Positions 37,926 to 50,835 of a stretch of DNA of 64,000 nt are shown here, piece after piece (within the stretch, counting starts at the first letter, position 1; each line of letters starts with the position of its first letter). The stretch lies in NCBI RefSeq assembly GCF_009914755.1, contig NC_060938.1, one strand, 5' to 3'. The DNA comes from the human T2T-CHM13v2.0 reference genome, Homo sapiens. Under the pieces are notes generated by a model. It did no database searches. It had not been told where the DNA came from and saw only the letters and a program-made list of their open reading frames with translations. A program made the translations under genes and the position numbers.

Positions 37926-40900
37926 TAGTCTGACTGAGAACAGCCCTGTGAATACAAATGTGTCTAAAATGGCTGACTCTGTACAAGAGTAAATAAGAAC
38001 CTTTCCAGCTTTTCATTTAGTCACAAGATCAGGAGGTCTCGTCACCCCAAATAGAGTAGAGAATTGAGGTAGTTTTCCAGCTGAGCCAGGCAAAGTAAGA
38101 AGATGGGGGAAGGTGACTTTCCCAGCAAAGACCTTGCCTTTTAATGTTCTTTTTAAAAGAATAGAGCTCAGACTGAACTAATCCCCCATGAATATATGCC
38201 TTAGGAAATAATTTTTATTAATAGCTGAATATTTTTACTTTCTTTCCCAGGCACCCAAATATTAGGCTTATGATATTTAGTTGCATGCATATATCATTGT
38301 GTCAAAGAAAAGGGGGAAATCCAGCCTTAATAAAAAATAATTTATTAACTTTTCCAGGTCCTATAAATTTAATATGCTGTGGGTTCCTGCTCTCATTGCA
38401 GATTTCTTTTAGAAGTATATTTATGAGTATGAGCTTATAATATTTTTCAACAGTTTATCGGTAAATACCAACAAAACAAAGATCTCTGATGCACATAATC
38501 CACAGAAACATGGTTCGGGTGACTACATGTCAGTTAGCCATGCTATTTGTTTTGTGTCATTTTTCTCTCAACCAGTTCATTTCTTTCCCCAAGAGAAATA
38601 GCTGAAGCTGGTTTATATTGCTCCATAAATGTTAAGCATTGATGTATTCATTTTCTGAACACAAAATAACAATAATTTTTTGTCACCCTCCTTCTAAATC
38701 ATACTCCCTGTTCTTAACACTATGTTTTATGTTGTTGTTGTCGTTGTTAAGATGCAAGTTTATTTTATTCTTTTTTGCAGTAATAATAACCACAAAATAT
38801 AATCTCTGTATAAATATAATTTTTCTTCTCCATAATTGCACATAAAATCTATCCTACTTGGAAACTGCAGCAAGTAGAAGAATCACTATAAATGCTGGCC
38901 TCAGGGAATCTACGATTTCTTCAAGATTTAAGGCAGAAATATTCAGAGGCCAGGTTACTCAAACAAGACCAACCATTTTTTGTTAGTTTTTTTATTTTTC
39001 TTTTCTGCAAAATATTACCTAAAGGTAGCCCTAAGCACTAAGGGATTGAGGTTTCTATTTAGTCTACAACTGAACTAACAGGTTTTTGCTACCTGTGGGT
39101 ATCAACTTGGGATTTCAGTTAGTTAAGCAGCTTTGGATCTAAAATAAAACACTTAAGGGACCAGTGAAAATGTAGATTGCAAGAAATCTGCAGACTTTGG
39201 AACTTATCAATTTATTAAAATTTACTTTTTTTTAGAACAATTTTAGGCTTACAGAAAAACTCTAAAGAGAGTATAGAGAATTCCCATATATTCCGTACTT
39301 ACATTCCCCTTCGTGTCTGACTGAAACCCCATCTGTGTGCCCTCTCTTTACATAAATGTAATAAAACCTAGGCATTATTATATTTTTGTATTTCCTACTG
39401 TGTCTATATGTGCTCATTCATGCTATGCCCTAACAATTATATATGTATTATATATATATACACATTACATGCATAATATACATATATATTATATGTATGT
39501 ATGTGTATGTGTTGTAGATATGAAAATTGATATTTTGTATTTTAAATTTGGGAATAGAAATCTATAGTACTGCCCGAATAATGCCATCGCACTTGGCTTA
39601 AGAAACCAAGAACAGCTTTGAGAGGTGAGAGAGTCCATGGAAAGCTGGAATCTGTCCACCTTCTGATGAAATTTGACCCTCTAGGGGGAACTACCAATAG
39701 GGTAAAAGATGCCACCTCTGCTGTGAAACCTACACCACAGCCTTTGCTCTTTGTATTAATTCTGGACTTATTTCTAAGGATCAAGGATAGTGGAGCATGG
39801 TAGAAAGAATTTTGTAATATTATCAAATGTTTCAACCTCTTATCTTTGAAATATAGGGTTGGGACTAAATAATCTTTAAAGTCCCTTCTCAGTCATAATA
39901 TTGCGTGGGGCAGAGGTGAAAGGAGTGCTTTATATGGATAAAGAAAAATTCTCATCAATCTGTATCCTTTTGTCCTGTGCATTATCAAAAGAAAGACAAA
40001 AATATAGAATTTGCTTTAAGCCATGTTTATTCCAAGCTAATGTAAAATTGAGAAGTTTGATTAAAAATCAAACATGTTGAAAATACTTAGAAGTATAATG
40101 GGCCGTGGAGAAACATTAGAGATTTTGTCCTTAAAAAAGGTAAAAGTCTTTGAATAACATTTACTTAATAAATGATTTGATGTTTCTTTCATCAGAATTA
40201 TTGTTTGTGCAATTGTCTTTTCACTATGCTGTTCTTATATTTCTTCAAAGATTTTTTGCCTATTGAGGCACTTTCATATGAAACATCTTTGAAGACTTTT
40301 CTGAAAACAGCATGGTTTATATGCAAGAGACAAATTTAAACATTCTCTTGCCTTTTCTTCAACCTTATTGAAGACAATAGCTCTGAGTAATATCAGCCAG
40401 AGGGTGTTCTATTTCTCCCTCGCCATTTGTCTATGTTATTTTCCTATTAGGAAAATAAACAAATTCCAGAACTTTTGTTTCTGTGTCCAAGACCCTGACT
40501 ATGCAACAGGGAGCATAAAAAAAAAAAAAATACTAACTGACAAACAAAGTTACCCTGAGGATGTCTGCCCACTTTTATTTTGTCCTTAGATTGGTTTTAG
40601 GGATCTGTAGTCTGAGCTTCCACAATATAGTTAGAGGCAGCAGAGGTACTGTATGCATGATTTTTACTTGTACCTATTTCCCAATTCCAACTGTTTTTAA
40701 TATATTCTCTTGATAAAAGTTTATCCCTTCTTTTCAGTCAGGCTTTTGCCTGATTTGATAGAGAGTCCCTCTGGCTCATGTTGAAATTGAAATGTATATC
40801 TTATTGTTTGCCTATATACCCAGATGTCCAGACATTGAGTTTACTTTAATAAATGAAATATTGAAAATAAACATAAAGCTTTGGGGATGCAGTTGCAAGG

Positions 40901-41064
40901 GACAGGATCAACATTACTACATTAGAAATGGTCAACATAAGACAGGAAGCTGCTATATCTCAGGTGCAGATCCATGGGCTTCCCTGAACATATCTCTAGC
41001 GATTTTTTTTTCTCATTTCATGAACTTTTGACAGGCTCTAGGCAGCAAATTTTCAGTATAATAA

Positions 41065-41580
41065 AGTAGCACAGCAGCGTTGCAAAGAAGAAAAAACGTA
41101 GACTTTGGGGCCAGATTTGGATTTTAATTCAGGTTCTGCCATTTGTAAGACTTTGTGATTTAACCTACCTGAACTTAACTTTTCTTACCTGAATTTTAAT
41201 GTGCACCTTGTGGAAACATGGTAAACATGAAACCAAACAACGCACTGAGGAGATATTAGTAAGATGCAGGCAATATGCTAGGCCTTAGGACTGCAACAAT
41301 GAATGAGAAAGACACTGTCTCTGTCCTCATGGTATTACAGTCCAGTCGGGGGGGCGCATAATTCATAAACAGGCAATTATACATTGTGATCTACAGGAAC
41401 TGAGGTAAGAGTATATGGCAATGTAAAACAGGGATAAGTAATGCAGACCTGAGTGATTAGCAAGGTTTGTTGAATGCAGACAGTGATATCTAAGCTGCTA
41501 ATTAAGAGAGTAAGGACTACCCGTGTATTTATATGAAGTCCAGCACTGTACTAGGTTCATTATAATAGTTCCATACATGA
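41065..41580. mobile_element. MIR (+) interleaved with an L2 fragment (-)
   Basis: MIR head 41065-41240, L2 GACACTGTCTCTGTCCTCATGG 41240-41510, MIR tail after. Confidence 0.6.
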
Positions 41581-42239
41581 CATTTCTCTTTACCTTCCCT
41601 TTTTCTATGTTCCCTGAAGCCCTCTGAACAGATCCCACATAATGAGTTTCATTCACTGATTTTAAAATTATTTGTTGAGCACCAATCTACTGAGCCTAGT
41701 GCTAGTGACTAAGGATGTGCCTGTAGACAAGGAAGCAATGCTGCCCTTTGGGAGTTTACTATCTGATGGAGTCAACACACCAAACCCTAGAGACAATTAC
41801 CATTCATCTGGAATGTGTAAATAGGTTAATCTACTGGGTTCCTTAGAAAGTACTCAAAGACACCCAAAATTTGAGAGCCACTCCAAGAACCACCAGTGAT
41901 GGAACACGACTTAATGCACTGACAACAAAGATTTTGATCTGTTTTAAAAATATCTTTCTATTTTTTTTAAAGAACAATGTTAGAAGGCTTAGAAATACCA
42001 GCATCCTTGACTTCATTGCTCTCTTGGCAAACATGGGTACAATTCAGCCATTTCCTGGAATCATACTCATTCTAAGGGGAAAGTTAAAAATAAAATTAGG
42101 GTAGTGGGTAATTTTTTATTGTAGAATCTATTTTTTGTTTTGTACAGATACAGCCAAAAAAGGAAAGAAAGACTGTTTTCTTTCTTTTTTTTTTTTTTTT
42201 GAGGAATGCCTATTGTGATTTGCTAGGTATATTAATTTG

Positions 42240-42670
42240 CTGCAATTCACTGCAGAAGCTAATTTTTATTTTTTGGAATTAATTGAGCTGAAAGCTGGAC
42301 TCATGACAGCGTATCCCCTCAGTGGCCAGCACAGAAGCTGAGGACAGACGGCCATTTCAACTTTACTAGCCTGACATCCTGCATAATCAATGCATGTCAG
42401 CCACAAAGACTGGCTGCCTATGCTTATGCCCATTTGCAAGTTGGCTGAATGCCCACTCACAAATTGGGATGCCAGTTCCACTAGGGCACAAGTGTCAACA
42501 AAAGATCACTTCAGACAAGAAGCCTGCTCAGTTTTGCCAGAGCCATCATTTTGTTTAGGAAACAAAGAAAAAGATTTAAGGTAGTTAATCCCATATTGCT
42601 GACAAACGGCTATTTACATCCCATCATACCTTCAGCCTCAAGGGACATTTTATTTAATGACTTAATGCAA
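42240..42670. promoter_or_regulatory. Candidate enhancer (repeat-free, motif-dense)
   Basis: TGACAG, TAATCAAT, NFI-like TTGGCTGAATGCCCA, AACAAAG, several TAAT cores. Confidence 0.35.
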
Positions 42671-42949
42671 TCTTCTATATCCTTTAAATTTGATTTTCAA
42701 CGTCTGCATTTCAAATGAGGCAAGAAGGAGACAGTATGTCAATCCTGAGAGTCTCTGGAAATGTCCATTTTCTTTATTCCCATTATATGCATTAGAGATA
42801 GAAAGAGTAAGCAAAGCATTATTATGTGCATAATGTCTCTAGACACTAATTAGAATGGTGAATAGTGCACCTAACAAAATGCAAATACATTCCTTAATAT
42901 TCAATTAATTCAGCAAACATCAGTAAAGCGCCAGGCACCCAGTAGGGAT

Positions 42950-43335
42950 TGGTGTCTCTGCCTGGAGTCTCTTCTCTTCCAATCAAGCCTGCACACTTGC
43001 TGTCCTATTAATCAATCTCACTAAAGCATGGTTCCCATAGTATTAATCCCACACTCAAAATACTTTCAAGGTTTGCCACTGACTATGAAATAATTTCAAA
43101 CATTTGACAGGGAAGTAAAGACCCCTCATTGAAGAACCCTCATATTCTAGCCGAAATCAAAATGTTTATTTTCATAAATTCTTGTAGGCTCTCATAAAAA
43201 CTAAACTGATTATTCCAAAATTTTTTCCATCTATGTCTTGACCTCATTGCATCTCTGTATTTCCCTATCTGCTCTCTAAATGTTGAAATTCTTATCATCT
43301 TGGTAAAGATCAAAAGTCCCCTCAGCTTCCCCTAA
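42950..43335 (+). mobile_element. L2 fragment
   Basis: TCCAATCAAGCCTGCACACTTGCTG...CTCAAAATACTTTCAAGGTTTGCCACTGAC. Confidence 0.6.
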
Positions 43336-44087
43336 TTTTTTTTCAAGTTATATTATCAGGCAGCACAAACCAGGTGCTTTTACAAAAGTTCCCTTATTTA
43401 ATCCTCAATTAAAACTAAAAAGGTAGATATTATTATCCTTAATTTTCATATAAGTAACCAAATACTGAGAGAAGCTGAGGACTGACAAGGTATCAATTGA
43501 TCATTGGCCATGTTTATGCCTGAACACAGGCTTTCAGAGTTCAGTGATCTTCCACTATCGGGCTTCCATCTTCCTCATGGGGCCTTCCCTATCTTCATCC
43601 CCTACAACACGTCCTTCTTCTGAATATTTATAAGACTTAATTCATGCCATTCTTGAGATTTTAATTGCTTTATAACTTGTATTATTCAACAGTTCATTAA
43701 AGATTTAGTGAGCAACTCAATCATTTTAATGGAAACTGAGGATGATAATAACGGCAAGAAAAAAAGAGAAGGGAAAGGAAGAGAAGAACAGCTAGTCATT
43801 TCTCATCTCAAAATATGTGTCAGAGCTGTACTGAGTACTTTCATAGACTGTCACCTTGTATCAGTACAACAAACCTCAAAGAAGGTATTATTATCTTCAA
43901 AATAAATATGAGTTGCTGCCTTATACTAGAAGTGGAAAAAAATTAGTTGGAGGTGAGGGGACTTGCCAATTTTACCAAGATGATAAAAATTTCAACATTT
44001 AGAGAGAGGATAGAGAAATACAGAGATGCAATGAGAACAAGGCATAGACAGAGAAAATTTGGAGTAATCAGATTAGTTTTTATGAGA
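43190..44087. repeat. Long inverted repeat: arms 43190-43365 and 43914-44087, 548-bp spacer
   Basis: Manual alignment of the left arm to the reverse complement of the right arm: about 28 differences in 176 positions. Confidence 0.95.
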
Positions 44088-44169
44088 TAAGGAAACTGAG
44101 GCTCAAAAAGGATAAGCAAATTTCTCAAGTTTGTGTAAGTCACATAGTTATTGGGTGATGATTCAAATC

Positions 44170-44540
44170 TATTCATTCTTTAATTCATTCAACAAAATAT
44201 CTGACTGCCCTCTATGTGTCAGGCTCTGTTCTAAGTGCTTAGTACCCAAAAGTGAACAAAATAAGCAAAACTCAGTCTTCAGGAGGAAAGTGATCCTAGT
44301 AGGGAGGATCAGCCAGTGAAACTGAATATACAATATGCAAGAAGACGAGAGGGGGCATAAAAGTTGAGCAGAGTAAGGGAAGTCAGAGGTGGAGTTTGGG
44401 TTTGCAGTTCTAAATATCATGGTCAGTGAAGGCTTCACTGAGAAAATGAAGTTTGAGAAAAGATATGAGGAACTAAGTGTAAAAAGGAGAAGGGCATTCT
44501 AAGCAGAAGGAAGAGTCACTACAAAGGCCCAGGGTGGGAG
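44170..44540 (-). mobile_element. L2 3' end
   Basis: ATTCATTCAACAAAATATCTGACTGCCCTCTATGTGTCAGGCTCTGTTCTAAG. Confidence 0.85.
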
Positions 44541-44865
44541 CAAATTCACCAAAAGTAAAATGGATGAAAATAACACAACCTGGAAATGTTTTAATTTGCA
44601 TGAGGAACAGGTTTCCTCAGCATCCAAAAACCAACAGACAAACAAAAACTTGCTAAAATGTTAAATACTATTTGACAGCTATGTGTCAAGTACTCTTATA
44701 AGGGATTGACATGTATTTATGTTTAATGCTTACAAGAAACAATGAGGAAGGTACTAATATTACTCCCACTCGGGATGAGAAAATGTGGTAAGGCATGTTA
44801 AGTATCTTACTCTTGGTCACACAAGTTTTAAGAGCTGGAGCTGAAATGCAGATGGAGTTTATTTT

Positions 44866-45060
44866 ATATATTGATTAATATATAAACTATATTGATTATA
44901 TATATTTTATAATATAATACAATATAAAACATTGATTATATATTGATCAAGATATAAACATATTGATTATATATTGATCACTATATAAACATATTGATTA
45001 TATAGTGATCAATATATAAAACATATTGATTATATTGATTACATAAGATATAATTATCTA
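44866..45060. repeat. AT-rich ~30-bp minisatellite containing a perfect 22-bp inverted repeat
   Basis: Unit approximately ATATAAACATATTGATTATATATTGATCA. Confidence 0.9.
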
Positions 45061-45203
45061 TATATGTTTATATATGAACACATACCTAAATGCATATTTT
45101 ATGTATATACGTTTTAATAACTTTTTATTACATTTATGTTGCATAAGTCATATCTAAATTTACATGTAAATACTTATACCCATATATATAAATTTAAAGG
45201 AGT

Positions 45204-45690
45204 TGTAGCAAATTGATTATAAAAATTGTCCCAATATTCCACCCTTCCCTTTGCAATATGACTTCAGAGCTTCTATCAACAATAAGTAGAGTCGATCTTT
45301 CCTGCTCTTTGGTACGTGCTTTGATAAACAGAATTCAGTGAAATTGACATTGTGCTATTCCCAAGCATAGAGCTCAGGAGACCTTACACAGTTTTCCCTT
45401 TGTCTCTTGGAATTCTGGTTCTGATATGAGAAGAATAAACCGTGGTTAGCTTGCTGGAAGATGAGAGATCATGAGGAACAGAGACAAGTCATCCAAACGG
45501 ACGGAGGTCATCCTAGACCAGCCAGGCTAGAGGAAGCTGACCCCAAATGCCCTGTCCATTAATGACAGATACAAAAATGAGCCAAGCGCAGCTCACATGA
45601 GAAGTATGTTCAGTTGTTCTGTAGACCCATAAACATTAATAAACTATTATGTTTATGTCATTAGATTTTGAGAGGTTAGCAAGAACTAAT
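45204..45690 (+). mobile_element. MLT1 (G/H-like) LTR
   Basis: TGTAGCAAATTGATTATAAAAATTGTCCCAATATTCCACCC start. Confidence 0.7.
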
Positions 45691-47328
45691 TAAAATAGGA
45701 ATTTTTTAAATATTGGAATTAGAGGGATTTTAGTATCATATCTGTTTTTTATTTGCTTATGTTTTCATCAATAAACATTTATTATATTTCTGAGAAAAGT
45801 TTAATAAAATTCCACAGATATGTCCCAGTGGTGGGAACTATAAATAATTTCTTAAAATATACTTTAAATAAATATGTACTATTTTGAAAATATATTCACA
45901 CCTCTACAAATATTAATCATGCAGCTTCTATGCACCAGCATTATGCTAAATGCTGGGACTAAACAGTGAAAAAACAGCTCCCTGAAAAATTATTATCATG
46001 GCAATGAGTGTAACCACAAAAATACACATTTCTTCCCCCACTCCCCCGGCCCCAACAAAAAAAGCCACCTTATAAGAAACCCAAGCCGGTCTTGGGGATT
46101 CAAATTTAAAAATTAATTTTTAAAAAATATGCGTGGTGGGAATAGTGAGGTGATGGTGACTTAGAGAATGCTGATGGAGAGGCTACTGTGAAAAAAAAAA
46201 AAAAACAACAACAACAGGGAGTGGGTAAGGATGTAAAAAAAAAACTTTGAGTAGACAGTAAGATATTTGGAGGAATTCATTTCAGATGACCTAGATTTCA
46301 ATAAAAATCTTCAGTGCACAGAAGTTCAAAAACAGCATATTAATAACAGTATCTGCAGAAGAATAGTGAATGTGGAAGGATGGCATTTGACTAGAACTCT
46401 AGATCAAAATGTTGACAGATATTTTAAGTGATTTTGTCAGTACGGCTAGAAACTTTTGCAAATAAAAAAAAAAAGTGTACAAGCTCAGACCATCTCTTAG
46501 AAAGACCAGGAATGCACTTGAGTCCAGAGTTTGGTGCAATCATTCCCTGGTACCACCTTTCCCACATTATAGAGCCCTTTCACCGAGTGTCCAGCAGTCC
46601 TCTTGGTCTCTTTTCTTCTTTCTTTTCTTCCATTTCACCCTTCCCAGTGTCTCAGCTTCAGCCTGATGCTGTATGTATCATGTGCAGACACTCAGTTTCT
46701 ACTTCATGCTGCTGGCCCCTGAATTCAAGTTAGTTAATCATATTAGTACTACATCTTCATATTTTCCCAAGGAATGGAGTTTGCAGGGTGCAGTTTCCTC
46801 TTCCTACTATTATGTGCCACTGCTATCATACTTCTGAAGCAATGTTACAACACCTGCATCACACTTGGAGAGAGAGTGATGACGGGGAAGGGTGACAACA
46901 GAAGCAGAGAAACAAGCATTATTCCTCTTGTGGGAATGATTAAAGTGGTCAATAGAGTAGAGCACCCTATCCTTCCATGCCTATTAAAGGAAGACTTGGG
47001 ACATGTTCTTTCCTGGTTATGGGTGAATCCTGTACATTTCTATTTGTTTCTCCTTTTTGCGTCCACAGACAACATTATGAAAATGGGTGAATCTCCTTTG
47101 AGTAAGCCATTGTTTATATTATTGGTATCCAAAAACTGGTCTAGTTCCACAGTGGAGTGAATTCATTTTCCCAGGTGCATAGCAAATAATACTTACACTA
47201 ATTTTTTTTCAGCTTGCTTTTTATCTTTTACCATTTTCTCCTCCGTAATGCAGTAGTGAGAGTAATAATGGAGTGTGCCTACTCAAGATTATGTCAGGGA
47301 CTATTCAGAGCCAAACACAGACACTGGA

Positions 47329-47680
47329 TGCTATGGTTTGAATGTGTCCTAGCCAAAATTCATGTTGAAATTTAATACCCAATTCAACAGTATTAAGAGG
47401 GAGTGCCTTAGGAGGTGATTAGGCCGTGATTGGGATTAGCACCTTAAAAAAGACCTATAAGGAACTAGCTAAGCCTTTTTTGCCCTTCCACCTTTTACCA
47501 TGGGAAAGCACAGCAACAAGAAACTATCTTGCCAGCAGAGAGCCTTCACCAGACATCAGTCTACCAGCACTTTCCTCGTGGATTTCCCAGCCTCCAAAAC
47601 TGTGAGAAAGTAAATTTCTGATCCTTATAAATTACCCAGTCTCAGGCATTTCATTATAGCAGCACAAACAAACTTTAAAG
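47329..47680 (+). mobile_element. MST/MLT1A-type MaLR LTR
   Basis: TGCTATGGTTTGAATGTGTCC...AAATTACCCAGTCTCAGGCATTTCATTATAGCAGCAC. Confidence 0.9.
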
Positions 47681-48098
47681 AAGTCACTAAACTGGGTTAA
47701 GCCCAGATTCATGTGAAGAGAAGGAGAGAAGCAGAATGCATATGAACAGCAAGAGAAAATGCATATCTGGACCACTTCTACTGTGGTGAGTAACCTCTGG
47801 TGATAACTGAATGCAACAGATTTAAAATTGCCAGAAGCTCCATTGGCATGTGTAAACTCTAAGCTGGCATAAGGCACAAAAGAGTTGTACCAACCAAACA
47901 ACAACAATCAAAGGGGGTTTGGAGGTGGAACAACTGAAAGCGACTGGAAGATCACTTTTATTAAGAGCTGGCTGGCCACAAAGAAGGAATCTAATTAGTG
48001 GTGACGGATTCACTTCTTTTAGGGCTGTTTGATGGGAAAGAAGCTTCCAAAGAACTCTTGAATACTTACAATTATACAATAAGATGGACAAATATAAA

Positions 48099-48408
48099 GG
48101 TTTGGGTGGAGTGGCTCATTCTTGGAATCTCAGCACTTTGGGAGGCTGAGGTAGGGAAACTGTTTGAGTCCAGGAGATTGAGACCAGCCTGGGCAACATA
48201 GCAAGACTCAGTCTCTACAACAAGATAAAAATTAGCCGGGAATGGTGGTGCATGTCTGTAGTCCCAGCTACTCAGGAGGCCGAGTGAGCCCAGGAGGTTG
48301 AGGCTGCAGTGAGCCATGTTTATAACACTGCATTCCAGCCTGGGCAACAGAGAGAGGCCCTTTCTCAAAAAAAAAAAAAAAAAAAAAAAAAGAAAGAAAG
48401 AAAAAAAA
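48099..48408 (+). mobile_element. AluJ
   Basis: CAGCCTGGGCAACATAGCAAGAC, GAGGCTGCAGTGAGCCATG, long A tail. Confidence 0.92.
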
Positions 48409-48766
48409 ATTGACAAATATTAGATTCAATCCCATTGGCAAAATGAGATCTTAAGTGGAAGTACATGCAGTTTCATTTTACTATTCTCTCTACTCTAGCG
48501 TGTTTGAAAGTTTTCACAAAACGTAAATGAAAAATAAATTATTAATCAATAGTAGCTAACAATAGCAAAGAAAATCTGTCAGTTTCAAAATGTTCTCAAT
48601 GGGGCCTCAGGTGGACAGATGTACTCCTCAAATCCCCACTGAAGTGGTATTTTTTTTCTTAAAATAATATACATTGAGAAATACAAAAGCAGCCCCCATT
48701 TTGAGTGGGCCCACTTCTATAATAGAATATTGTTGCCTTTTCTTTTCTGGATAACCACAGAGTCTT

Positions 48767-48792
48767 GATAGATAGATGATAGATAGATAGAT

Positions 48793-48836
<44 letters not shown>
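48767..48836. repeat. Compound tetranucleotide STR (GATA)2 GAT (GATA)3 GAT (GATA)11
   Basis: Direct read. Confidence 0.99.
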
Positions 48837-50594
48837 TTCAGTTGTAAACCTACTTTATGGAGACCTTTCTCATCATCTGAACTTGAAACATCCAGTTGCC
48901 TTCAGGATGTCAAAAATAAGTGAAACTGTATGTCTCAGCATCTTGACTCACAGGATGCCCAGAAGTAGCCCTAGAGGGGAAAATGGTACAAGATAGAATT
49001 ATAGAAAGGGCACTTCATTTCCAGGAGTAACTGGAGGGATTTTTTATATATTTTAGCACAGTCTCTGCAAATATATTCATAATTTTTTCATAAAGAAATA
49101 GCATGAGCAATACTGGTTTTCAGATGAGCTATCAATGGAATTAATCTCTCAGCCTTTTAGAAACCTATCGTGAGAGACCTGCTTCCTCTTTTTAATTTGT
49201 GATCTTTCCTGAGACACTTATACAGAATGTAACTCACTTGTGTACAGTTATATGGAGTGATAAAGAAAGGATTGTTACACAACTAGGTATAATTTTGCAT
49301 CCACTAAGTCAAAAGGTGACACATTTCAGATTGCTGGCAAATTTATCATTGCTCCTGACATTGTACATCATTTGAATAAGAAGCCTCTTTTTGCTTCAAA
49401 CTCTTTTACAAAAATGAAAAAGGAGTTAGCAAGACCAAAGCAAATATTAATTCTCTTCTGTTTCAAATCTTTTTCAGGCATGTATTGATTGGAAACCAAC
49501 TCAGCAATTTAATTAGAAATACAAGGTTTTCTCTTTCCCTTAGGTTCAGATCAAATTTACCATTTTTTCTCTTATATTTTCTTATGCTGAAACTATAAAC
49601 ATCAGCAAAGGCCTGAACTCCCAGGTATCCTTTAATTTAATTCTGGAGTAGTTATGATCTAAACATCAGAGATGATAACCCAGCTACCTTTCTCCACCTC
49701 AACTTGCCCCAGAGCAAATGATTGGTGAGAATGTGTGGACAAGGGGAATAAATAAACCTGGAACCCCACAGACTCCACAACCATCGTCACTCCCAGTCAT
49801 TTACTAGTATTTTCTTGGAAAATCTACCTGGGGAATGCTGAATGAGGCATTTAGAACAATTTCTATTCATCAGTCCCAATAGATCATTTTTGTTTCTTTG
49901 TAAACACAATTCCATTTTTTTAGAACTCTTAATTAACAGAAAAAGAAAGGAAAAAACTTGGTGAAATGAATTCAAACAGATATTCAATTTTGAAGCAAAA
50001 TATGAAAACATACTTGATTGTATTTGGGGGTACTCTTACTAAAGCTGGGCTAATTACTATGGATTTTTGTTCAAAGGCAAAACATTTTATTTATCATAGC
50101 CTAGGCATTCATAAATAGTAGAGCAGTGAACATATTTATCTAGTGACTTGAAATGGCATGAGGAACTCATGGTCAAGGAAGGCAGGGGACTCTTGGGTTG
50201 CTGCCAATAAGAGCCTGTGAAAGGCCTGAAAATACATTGATACCTGGGCCTTTTCATCCCCTGGATTCACCACAGCCAGATAAAAGCATGTGACTATCCA
50301 CAGCAGTCAGGCCAAGAGACTAGAAAAGGGGAAGAAGGTTGCAAGTACAAATTGTACCCATTTATTTAATCCAGTAAGCCAATCAGACTATAATATGTAG
50401 TGCATCTTTATTACTTCCAGATGTACATGTGTTCTTCCCCACGTTGTCAACATGATGTCAGATCACAGAGGGTTCCAGTCTAGTGATTGCTTCTTGCTTG
50501 TAGTAAACAGTAACTGCGTAAGACTGTTTCACCAGCAAGTACAAAGAGGAGAAAAGGACATTGCTCAGAATCCTGCAACATATTAAATATTAAT

Positions 50595-50835
50595 TCTATA
50601 GCCCCATGGTTAAGAAAACAGACTCTGAAACCACATTTCCTGGTCCCGAATCAGAACTCCAAAATGTCCTACACTTAAGCAAGTTAACCAAGGTCTCTTT
50701 GTCTCAGCCTCCTCATCTGTACTGCAGGAAAAGTCCTATAAATATGCCACACAGGATTGTTGTGTGGGCTAAATGAGCTGTTACAAACAAGGCCCTTAGA
50801 ATAGTGCCTGACTTACAGTGAAATTTCAATAATCA
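50595..50835 (+). mobile_element. MIR
   Basis: TGGTTAAGAAAACAGACTCTG...CTCAGCCTCCTCATCTGTA. Confidence 0.85.

Noticed and set aside
46428-47160. Adjacent 101-aa and 128-aa ORFs with a signal-peptide-like start
   Set aside because: No recognisable domain or exon structure; hydrophobic residues are expected from T-rich DNA
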